From the NCBI GenBank assembly GCA_018902845.1, contig JAHIPV010000007.1, forward strand, positions 6,989-70,988: a DNA stretch of 64,000 nt. Direction: 5' to 3'. Made by a program: the position numbers and the translations under genes. Source of the stretch: Patescibacteria group bacterium. GTDB lineage: Bacteria > Patescibacteriota > Microgenomatia > UBA12405. Below the pieces are notes generated by a model. It did not search any database, was not told where the DNA came from, and saw only the letters and a list, made by a program, of their open reading frames with translations. Below are positions 8,953-16,510 of this stretch, in pieces (position 1 is the stretch's first letter; each line of letters starts with the position of its first letter).

Positions 8953-9421
8953 GTTCCTCCAGAGGCGGACTGCGCGTTCGCTTGTTATTAGGTCTAATTT
9001 TTGACAAGCCGGTGCCAAGGACGCCATTTATAAAAGAAGCAGAGGTTTGAGCACTGAATTCTTTAGCCAGCTCGATGGCTTCATCAATAATAACTTTGGT
9101 TGGTGTTTTGGGTTTGTGAAGTAATTCCCAACAGGCGGTTCTTAGAATTGCCAGATCGACCTTGTTAATTTGCTCCAGTGGCCATTTGGGTGCACTGTCT
9201 TTGATAATTTTATCTATTTTTTTGATATTTTTGATGATGGCAGAGAAATCTTTGTTTTTTCCAAAGCGGGCGACCGCAAGGGTCGCCCCTACATTGGATG
9301 GTTTTGCTCTTTTCGTGGCAGATAAGCTTGTTTGTTTGTTTGGGGTTTGGAATTGCCAGGCAAAAACAGAACGCATGGTTTTTAGTCGGTGGACATGACG
9401 AGGATCTTTTTTGCTTTTCAC
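8912..9421 (-). CDS. nusB: transcription antitermination factor NusB (with in-frame repeat insertions)
   Basis: KVDLAILRTACWELLH...PTKVIIDEAIELAKEFS...SFINGVLG NusB motifs. Repeat A (VGATLAVA) sits in-frame near the N-terminus. Hairpin repeat B (RSPPLE) sits in-frame in the C-terminal tail. Confidence 0.7.
   Translation of the reverse strand: MKSKKDPRHVHRLKTMRSVFAWQFQTPNKQTSLSATKRAKPSNVGATLAVARFGKNKDFSAIIKNIKKIDKIIKDSAPKWPLEQINKVDLAILRTACWELLHKPKTPTKVIIDEAIELAKEFSAQTSASFINGVLGTGLSKIRPNNKRTRSPPLEEHEKNKTTRKKTKN
9268..9293. repeat. repeat family A copy 2 (inside nusB)
   Basis: Exact 26-mer gggcgaccgcaagggtcgcccctaca. Confidence 0.9.
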
Positions 9422-9658
9422 TGTTTACAATTTGGGCACTGAAAGTCGGCCAGCTTGGGCTGTTGACAGTGTTTGCATAAAATTGCGTTTTCCAGTTTTT
9501 TTGAGTTTTTTTGGGAAGCACGCCTTTTGCCTTGTCGGCGGGAACTAGGCCAATGTTTTGGTACTGCTGTCATGAGGGTAGTTTATCAAAAAAAAAGTTT
9601 AAAGTAAAAAGTAAGACTAAGTTGAAATTGTTGAGTGTTATTTTTTACGTTTCTCGTG

Positions 9659-9756
9659 TTGTCATCCTGAGCGTGAGCGAAGGATCTAGTGTTAGCGTTT
9701 AAATACGGCACTTTGTGCCTAGATTCTTCACTTCGTTCAGAATGACGTAGTAGGTC
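9659..9756. repeat. MITE-like element, family C (termini TGTCATCC[T/C]GA ... TCGGGATGACA)
   Basis: ttgtcatcctgagcgtgagcgaaggatc ... cttcgttcagaatgacg...ggtcgggatgacag; terminal inverted repeats read directly; related copies at 14240-14335, 20497-20533 and 24211-24313. Confidence 0.6.
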
Positions 9757-9770
9757 GGGATGACAGTGGT

Positions 9771-10241
9771 TTAATTTGTAATAGTAGAGAGGGTGGGGGT
9801 GGAAGATTGGGTGAGGGTTTTTAAGTCAAAATTTGGGCAATCGTTGATAATGGTTTTGAGGATTTTTTGAGATAGGGATATTAGTTTTGTATTTGATAAG
9901 TTGGCTAGTTTGAGAGATGGGAAACCGTGCTGAAAGGTTGAAAAAATTTCTCCAGGACCACGAGTTTTAAGATCGTACCGGGCTATTTTAAGGTTGTTGC
10001 TATGTTTAGTTATGAAATTGAGTCTATCTAGTGCTTTGGCGTTGTCTGATGAGGTGAAAAGATAACAATAACTTTGTTGTTGTCCCCTACCAATCCTTCC
10101 TCTTAGTTGATGAAGTTGAGCTAAACCAAAACGATCAGCAGATTGAATGATAAGGATAGTGGTGTTGGGAATGTCAATGCCAACTTCAATTATGGGAGTA
10201 GTGACCAGGATGTTTGTTTTGTTTTTTGTGATTTGGGACAA
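9771..10241 (-). pseudogene. duplicated 3' fragment of recG (C-terminal 156 codons), near-identical to 14358-14828
   Basis: Protein ...ILVTTPIIEVGIDIPNTTILIIQSADRFGLAQLHQLRGRIGRGQQQSYCYLF... is ~97% identical to the C-terminus of the 670-aa RecG ORF; nucleotide similarity begins ~15 nt upstream (9756 vs 14343) and ends ~9790+450. Confidence 0.75.
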
Positions 10242-10432
10242 GAAAGCTTTTTGTAAAAAAATTACTAAAAAAAATTGACTCTAATTTAATTTTAGGGTTA
10301 AATCAGTTTAAGAAAAGGAGATGATATTCAACAGTCTCCAGACAATACTTGTGTTAATCAGAAAAAGATTGTATAATTTCAATATGTCACTTAAAGGTCA
10401 TTGTACCGATCTCTAATTAGAATTAATAAGTT

Positions 10433-11611
10433 TTAACTTGTTTTGGTTGTTGAGGGGGGTGGTGTTTTGTTTGCGAGTTTGTTGATTTTGTATTTTTTAG
10501 GTGTTTTTCCTTTTTTGTCAATAAGTTTTAGGTAAAATGTTTTTAATTTATTTGGAAGAATTGGAATTATTTCTTTTTCAATTAAAGGCATTAGATTGCA
10601 GGTGATTGGGTCTGGTTTTTTGTAATCTTCCAAATAGTAATAAGAATCAACTCTACATCCGGCATTGCAAAGTTTAAGATAGCGACAATTTCTACATTCT
10701 TTAATATCTGATATTTTGAGATTATAAAATTTATGTTGATATTTTTTATTAATAGCTTTTTTCAAACTACCTTCTTTTAGATAGTTTGACATTGGTAGGT
10801 CAAAACTAGGACAAAAGACCATATCTCCGTTAGGTCTTAAAGGAAAACTTCCTGACCTGTAGCTACATGGATGAGAGTTTTTATTAAAAGTAATAAGGTT
10901 GTTTGGTGTAATTTCTGATTTATATATGTTATAGAGTTCAAACTCAAAGGTTGGCTTTTTTTTCAAGTAGTCTTTTAAAATTTCTTTAAAAATTTTAATA
11001 AAGTCGTTAAAATTTGGTAATTGAAACTCTTTATAGTTTTTTAAATATCTTCCAGTAATAAAAGGCAAATCTACTCTCCACCTGTCAATTCTTAGTTTTT
11101 TTAATAAATTATAAAGTTTAGGCATTTCTTGCAGGTTTTTTTCTGTGACTTCGGTATTAATGACTACTGTAAAATTAGCAGTTTTAAGCCATTTTATACT
11201 TTGAATAATTTTCTTGTGACTGCTTCCGACACGTGTTTTATTGTGCCATTTGAAACCGTCTAGAGTGATTTTGATTTCTTTTATTTGTGGATATTCACTT
11301 AACTTTTTGATAAGTTTTTTTGTTAATAACTTTCCATTTGAAAGGATTTCAACTTTTTTTCCTTTGCAAAAATTAATAATTTCAAAAATATCTTCTCTTA
11401 GGAATGGTTCGCCACCAGAAAAAGCAAATTCTTTACATCCCATTTTTATCGATTCGGTTATTAGTCTCTTGATATCTTTGGTTTTCATTTCTTTGGAAAT
11501 TTGTTTTGAGTTATTGAACTGAGCGTTATAGCAATAGGCACATCTTAAATTGCACTTTCCAGTAATTTCTAGATGGATTCTCCTGACTTTGTTTGTTTTT
11601 AAGTTGGTCAT
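10433..11611 (-). CDS. radical SAM enzyme with C-terminal SPASM-like Cys cluster domain
   Basis: GKCNLRCAYCYN (CX3CX2C); C-terminal Cys cluster (CPSFD...CRNCRYLKLCNAGCR) typical of SPASM/twitch auxiliary cluster domains of peptide-modifying rSAMs. Confidence 0.7.
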   Translation of the reverse strand: MTNLKTNKVRRIHLEITGKCNLRCAYCYNAQFNNSKQISKEMKTKDIKRLITESIKMGCKEFAFSGGEPFLREDIFEIINFCKGKKVEILSNGKLLTKKLIKKLSEYPQIKEIKITLDGFKWHNKTRVGSSHKKIIQSIKWLKTANFTVVINTEVTEKNLQEMPKLYNLLKKLRIDRWRVDLPFITGRYLKNYKEFQLPNFNDFIKIFKEILKDYLKKKPTFEFELYNIYKSEITPNNLITFNKNSHPCSYRSGSFPLRPNGDMVFCPSFDLPMSNYLKEGSLKKAINKKYQHKFYNLKISDIKECRNCRYLKLCNAGCRVDSYYYLEDYKKPDPITCNLMPLIEKEIIPILPNKLKTFYLKLIDKKGKTPKKYKINKLANKTPPPSTTKTS

Positions 11612-11623
11612 TTTTGCATTTAA

Positions 11624-12388
11624 TTAATTTCTAAATATTTGTTTAACAAAACATAACCTTTTTTTTGAAATTAACTTTTTTTTAATGTTGGTTGTGATTT
11701 CTTGGTTGGAAGAATAAATAGTTCCGATCTTTTGCTCAGGATAAGAGACAAGAGCTGCGCAGGGAAAAACATCACCTTGGGAGTTGATAGACAAAAAAGT
11801 TCCGAATTTACAAATAGTTTGGTTATCATATCGAATTTTTACATCACTTTCTCGAAATCTTTCTTTGATAATTTTACCAAGTTGTATTATCTCTTCTTTC
11901 GAAAGTTGAGATTTGGTCATGATATTAAGAGCGTTTCCTGAAGGAGTTAACTGACTAATCCAAAAATTCTTAACTCCCATTTTGGCGAAAAATGATATCA
12001 TGTTTGGAATTTCTCGATGATTCATTTTCATTGCTGTGATGTTTATTCCGAAAGGAAGTGTTTTGAGAAATTGTTTAATATTGTTTAATACTTTTGGGAA
12101 AAGTTTTTCTGTTGTTGTAAACCAATCGAACTTTTTTTCGTTGATTGTGTGAATACTTACTTTGAAAAGTGCCAAATTTACTTTTTTTAGGAGATCAAGT
12201 ATCCCGTGGTTGTCGATACTACCGTTAGTTACCATTTCTACCTCAATATTTTTTCTGTCGATCATTTGTTCTAATGCAAAAGCGATGTTGTCACAAATAA
12301 AAGGTTCTCCACCTACAATATTTATTCTTTTTACTCCCATTTCGTCTATAAATTTTCCAACTACTTGAGAAATGTTTTTCTTCGACAT
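11624..12388 (-). CDS. radical SAM family protein (annotated ATG probably internal; CX3CX2C encoded in-frame just upstream)
   Basis: VKRINIVGGEPF motif, partial C-terminal Cys motif. Translating 12389-12470 in the same frame gives ...SANNSCNFRCKHCYVIKNKHQE without a stop but with no ATG, so the true start is likely non-ATG or slightly upstream. Confidence 0.5.
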   Translation of the reverse strand: MSKKNISQVVGKFIDEMGVKRINIVGGEPFICDNIAFALEQMIDRKNIEVEMVTNGSIDNHGILDLLKKVNLALFKVSIHTINEKKFDWFTTTEKLFPKVLNNIKQFLKTLPFGINITAMKMNHREIPNMISFFAKMGVKNFWISQLTPSGNALNIMTKSQLSKEEIIQLGKIIKERFRESDVKIRYDNQTICKFGTFLSINSQGDVFPCAALVSYPEQKIGTIYSSNQEITTNIKKKLISKKRLCFVKQIFRN

Positions 12389-12493
12389 TTCTTGATGTTT
12401 ATTTTTTATAACATAGCAATGTTTACAGCGAAAATTACACGAGTTATTTGCTGATAAAAAAGTATAAGGGTAAACTTTGTTGGTGTAATTTAT

Positions 12494-13924
12494 CTATTTG
12501 ATTTTCCAGATTGTTTTTTGCGAGGTATCTTTTAATTCAACTCCCATCTTTATTAATTTTGTTTTGATCTTATCTGCCTTTTCCCAATTTTTTAACTGTC
12601 TTAATTTATTTCTTTTTTTTATCAGTTCTTTGATCTTGTCTTTGTGTTTTGTTTTGGAGGCTTTTTGTTTTTTTGGTATTAAAAACCCCCAGACTTGATC
12701 AATTTCTTTTATGAAAAGATAAATTAATTTGATCCCCCCTTTGTCAACCATATTTTTATCTATTAGCTTGTTTATTTTGTTTACAAAGTTAAAAATACCG
12801 GCTATTGCTTTTGAAGTGTTAAGGTCATCATCCATCGCTTTAATAAAATTGTTACGAGCTTTTTTTGTTTCTTTTTTTATTTCGATCAAGTTTTTTTTAT
12901 TATTTTTTGACTTGTTTTGCTGAGATAAAACTCTTTCAGTAAATTCTCTTATTCGATCAAGTGCCCTTTTGGAACTTTTTAAGCTTGAAAAGGTAAAGTT
13001 GAGGGATTTGCGATAGTGACTTGTTAGAACAAGGTATCTAAAAGCCATCGGATCATCGACTTTTTTAAGGATTTCATCCAATACATATAAATTACCTAAA
13101 CTTTTCGACATTTTGTTTTTGTTGACCTGAAGAAAACCGCGATGTAGCCAATATTTAACAAACTTTTTTCCTGTAGCCGCTTCGCTTTGGGCAATTTCAT
13201 TTTGATGATGTGGAAATATTAGATCAACAGCCCCTGTATGAATGTCAAAACTTGGTCCTAAATATTTCATACTCATAGCCGAACATTCTATGTGCCACCC
13301 TGGTCTCCCTTTGCCAAATGGCGAATTCCAAAAAACATTACCGTCGTCTTTGTCCCAGGTTTTCCATAAAACAAAGTCAGAGACGTTTTCTTTGTTATAC
13401 TCATCACTTAAAATTCTCCCACTGGCTCCGTTCAACAACTTTTTTCTTTTGACTTTGGCAAATTTACCGTAATTTCTAAATTTAGAAATATTAAAATAAA
13501 CACTTTTGTCACTTGCTTGGTAGGCATATCCTTTTTTTAGTAGTATTTCTATCAAATTTATCATTTCTTGAATGTGTTTTGTTGCTTTGCAAATGATCTT
13601 TGGTTTGTTAATATTTAGCTTTCTAAAATCATTCAAGATTGATTTACCAAATTTTTTTGTATATTTTTTGAGTGGTACACCTTTTTGTTTGGAAAACTTT
13701 ATTGTTTTATCGTCAACGTCCGTGAAATTCATAACATCGAGCACTTTGTATTTGGAAAATTTAAGATATCTTCTTAATATATCCATAAAAAGATAAGTGG
13801 ATAAATTGCCAATGTGAGCATGGTCATAAATAGTAGGACCGCAAGTGTACATTTTTACAAATCCCTTTTTGATAGGGATGAACTTTTCTTTTTTCCGACC
13901 GGCAGTGTTATAAAAATGAAGCAT
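12494..13924 (-). CDS. cysS: cysteinyl-tRNA synthetase
   Basis: CGPTIYDHAHIGNLSTYL (HIGH), KMSKSLGN, Zn-binding Cys; ORF track extends to 14026 but start probably MLHFYNTAG. Confidence 0.85.
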   Translation of the reverse strand: MLHFYNTAGRKKEKFIPIKKGFVKMYTCGPTIYDHAHIGNLSTYLFMDILRRYLKFSKYKVLDVMNFTDVDDKTIKFSKQKGVPLKKYTKKFGKSILNDFRKLNINKPKIICKATKHIQEMINLIEILLKKGYAYQASDKSVYFNISKFRNYGKFAKVKRKKLLNGASGRILSDEYNKENVSDFVLWKTWDKDDGNVFWNSPFGKGRPGWHIECSAMSMKYLGPSFDIHTGAVDLIFPHHQNEIAQSEAATGKKFVKYWLHRGFLQVNKNKMSKSLGNLYVLDEILKKVDDPMAFRYLVLTSHYRKSLNFTFSSLKSSKRALDRIREFTERVLSQQNKSKNNKKNLIEIKKETKKARNNFIKAMDDDLNTSKAIAGIFNFVNKINKLIDKNMVDKGGIKLIYLFIKEIDQVWGFLIPKKQKASKTKHKDKIKELIKKRNKLRQLKNWEKADKIKTKLIKMGVELKDTSQKTIWKIK

Positions 13925-14110
13925 TTTTTTGTTTATTAAAAAACAGATTGATTTTATCAATTTTATTAATGTTTGTGAATATAGAGTTTTGCTGACCCAC
14001 CTACACATGATACTGTTTGAAATCAATTGCTTGAGAATGAGATAAAAACTCTAGTAATATTACATGAACCAGGAAAAAGAAAAATCCCAAATTATTGTCA
14101 TTGTGTCTGC

Positions 14111-14136
14111 GGGCGACCGCAAGGGTCGCCCCTACA
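14111..14136. repeat. repeat family A copy 3
   Basis: Exact 26-mer; followed by aaagagctcgcaatgaca as in the 19.2-kb MITE. Confidence 0.9.
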
Positions 14137-14239
14137 AAAGAGCTCGCAATGACAGAAAGGTGTTATCCTGCTTAGCGGGACGAAGTGAAGCGGAGGAATC
14201 TTCTGACTTTTGAGTTTGGAAAATAGATTGGGTGGTTAG

Positions 14240-14335
14240 GAGATCCCTCCGCTACGGTCGGGATGACAAATACTTCGGTCGGGATGACAAATACTTCGGT
14301 CGGGATGACAAATACTTCGGTGGGGATGACAAAAA
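14240..14335. repeat. family C MITE arm plus 21-nt tandem repeat (ggtcgggatgacaaatacttc x3 + degenerate 4th)
   Basis: Direct reading of 14258-14335; preceded by ggagatccctccgctacggtcgggatgaca arm. Confidence 0.75.
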
Positions 14336-14357
14336 ATTGCCGGAATGATGGTTTGAT

Positions 14358-16370
14358 TTAATTTGTAATGGTAGAGAGGGTGGCTTGAGAGGATTGGATG
14401 AGGGTTTTTAAGTCAAAATTTGGGCAATCGTTGATAATGGTTTTGAGGATTTTTTGAGATAGGGATATTAGCTTTGCATTTGATAAGTTGGCTAGTTTGA
14501 GAGATGGGAAACCGTGTTGAAAGGTTGAAAAAATTTCTCCGGGACCACGAGTTTTAAGATCGTACCGGGCTATTTTAAGGTTGTCGCTATGTTTAGTTAT
14601 GAAATTGAGTCTATCCAGTGCTTTGGCATTGTCTGATGAGGTGAAAAGATAACAATAACTTTGTTGTTGTCCCCTACCAATCCTTCCTCTTAATTGATGA
14701 AGTTGGGCTAAACCAAAACGATCAGCAGACTGAATGATAAGAATAGTGGCGTTAGGAATGTCGATACCAACTTCGATAATTGGTGTGGTGACTAAAATAT
14801 TGGTTTTATTTTTTGATAAATTTTTTATAATTTGTTGACGTTCAGTTGATTTTGTCTTTCCGTGTAATAATTCAAGTTTTAAATTTGGAAAAATATTTTT
14901 TGATAAGTTCTCGAATTCTTTTTTGGCTGATTTGATCGAAGTTAAGGTTTCTGATTCTTCGATAAAAGGACAGACAATGAAAGCTTGGCATTTGGTTTTT
15001 TTGATTTCTTTTTCTATCCATTCGTAGCAGTTTTGTCTTTTGTGATTAGGAACCAGGAAGGTTTTTACAGATAGACGATTTTTTGGCATTGTTGTTATAC
15101 AGGAAAGATTTAAATTACCTAGCATTGTAAGACTGATGCTTCTAGGGATTGGAGTAGCGGTCATGGTGATTGAATGGGGCGGGTTTGAAGAGTTTATTAG
15201 AGCTGATCGTTGGTTGACACCGAATTTATGTTGTTCGTCCACAATAACTAGGGCGATTTTTTTTAGGAGAGATTTGTTTTTGTGTAAAATAGCATGAGTG
15301 GAAATTATAATGTCGGAATTATTTAAGTTTTTTGTTTTTAGTTTTGAATTAGAGGTGAGAAGATGAATATTGATTTTGTAAGTTTTTAAAAACTTACTGA
15401 AAGTTTTGTAATGCTGTTGGGCCAGGATTTCGGTAGGAGCCAAGATGACAGAAAGTGAATTATTAAGATAGCTAAGAAAACAGGAAAAAATAGCAATAAT
15501 TGTTTTTCCTGAACCAACATCTCCGACTAAAAGACGATTGGTTCCGTGATTTGGAGAAAGCAGGTCTTGACTGATTTCTTGCCATACTTTTTTTTGATCT
15601 TTGGTTAATTTGAAAGGCAAGGAATTTATTAATTTGTTTATTTTTTTAGTGATGTTTTTGTTGGTAAAAAATTGAGTGTGTGGTTTTAGCGTGAGCCAAT
15701 TTTCTTTTTGTAAATAAGATTGGGTTTGAAGAGATAAAATTTCATCTATTGAAAGTCTGAGTCTTGCATTGTTTAAGTATGAATTGTTTTTTGGATTGTG
15801 GATTTGTGTGAGGGCGGAAATTTTGTCTAGCAAGGTAAAGTTTTTAATAATTTCTAGAGGCAGATTTTCTTTTTCGTTTTTCAGTAGTTTTTCTAGATTG
15901 TTTTGTATTGTTTTTCGAAACCATTTTGATGATAATCCTTTTGTTTCCGGGTATTTTGGAATAATTTTACCTGTATTGTATTGACCATAATCTGGAGAAA
16001 ATAGTGTTTTTTGGTTTTTGTAAAGGGAGATTGATCCGGCGAAACTTAAAATATCATTGATTTTTATGTTTTTTGATAAAAAGGGAGAATTGAACCAGAC
16101 TATGTTAAGAATACCGGTTTTATCGGCAATTTTACACAATTGAATATTTTTATGATTGCGAGTGAATATATTTCTAAAAAAAATGATTTTGCCAGTAATT
16201 GTAATATTTTCATTTATTCGTGCTTGGGAAATTGGAACTGACTTTGAAAAATCAATATAGCGAGAAGGAAAATGATAAACGAGATCTGTTGGTGTAAAAA
16301 TTTTTAGTTTGTGAAGTTTTACTAATGTTTTTGGTCCGATGCCTGGGATTGATTCAAGGGTAATTGACAT
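14358..16370 (-). CDS. recG: ATP-dependent DNA helicase RecG
   Basis: N-terminal wedge/HhH region (IPGIGPKTLVKL), SF2 helicase motifs GDVGSGKT, VIVDEQHKFG, QLRGRIGRG. Confidence 0.8.
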   Translation of the reverse strand: MSITLESIPGIGPKTLVKLHKLKIFTPTDLVYHFPSRYIDFSKSVPISQARINENITITGKIIFFRNIFTRNHKNIQLCKIADKTGILNIVWFNSPFLSKNIKINDILSFAGSISLYKNQKTLFSPDYGQYNTGKIIPKYPETKGLSSKWFRKTIQNNLEKLLKNEKENLPLEIIKNFTLLDKISALTQIHNPKNNSYLNNARLRLSIDEILSLQTQSYLQKENWLTLKPHTQFFTNKNITKKINKLINSLPFKLTKDQKKVWQEISQDLLSPNHGTNRLLVGDVGSGKTIIAIFSCFLSYLNNSLSVILAPTEILAQQHYKTFSKFLKTYKINIHLLTSNSKLKTKNLNNSDIIISTHAILHKNKSLLKKIALVIVDEQHKFGVNQRSALINSSNPPHSITMTATPIPRSISLTMLGNLNLSCITTMPKNRLSVKTFLVPNHKRQNCYEWIEKEIKKTKCQAFIVCPFIEESETLTSIKSAKKEFENLSKNIFPNLKLELLHGKTKSTERQQIIKNLSKNKTNILVTTPIIEVGIDIPNATILIIQSADRFGLAQLHQLRGRIGRGQQQSYCYLFTSSDNAKALDRLNFITKHSDNLKIARYDLKTRGPGEIFSTFQHGFPSLKLANLSNAKLISLSQKILKTIINDCPNFDLKTLIQSSQATLSTITN

Positions 16371-16510
16371 TGAATTATGTTATCATTTGGTAATGAGGTT
16401 GTTTGGTAAAAGGATTAGAAAAAAGACAATTAAAAAAGGGATTTTGTTTTTTGCAACCATACTTTTATTATTGTCTGGCTTAGTGCCTTTTTTGAGTACT
16501 TTGTTTTAAT

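Noticed and set aside
10321-10413. 31-codon plus-strand ORF (MIFNSLQTILVLIRKRLYNFNMSLKGHCTDL) next to the SPASM radical-SAM gene as possible RiPP precursor
   Set aside because: Opposite strand to the rSAM genes, AAGGAG directly abuts the ATG (zero spacing), and there is no Cys/Gly-rich core or leader-like features; probably noise.
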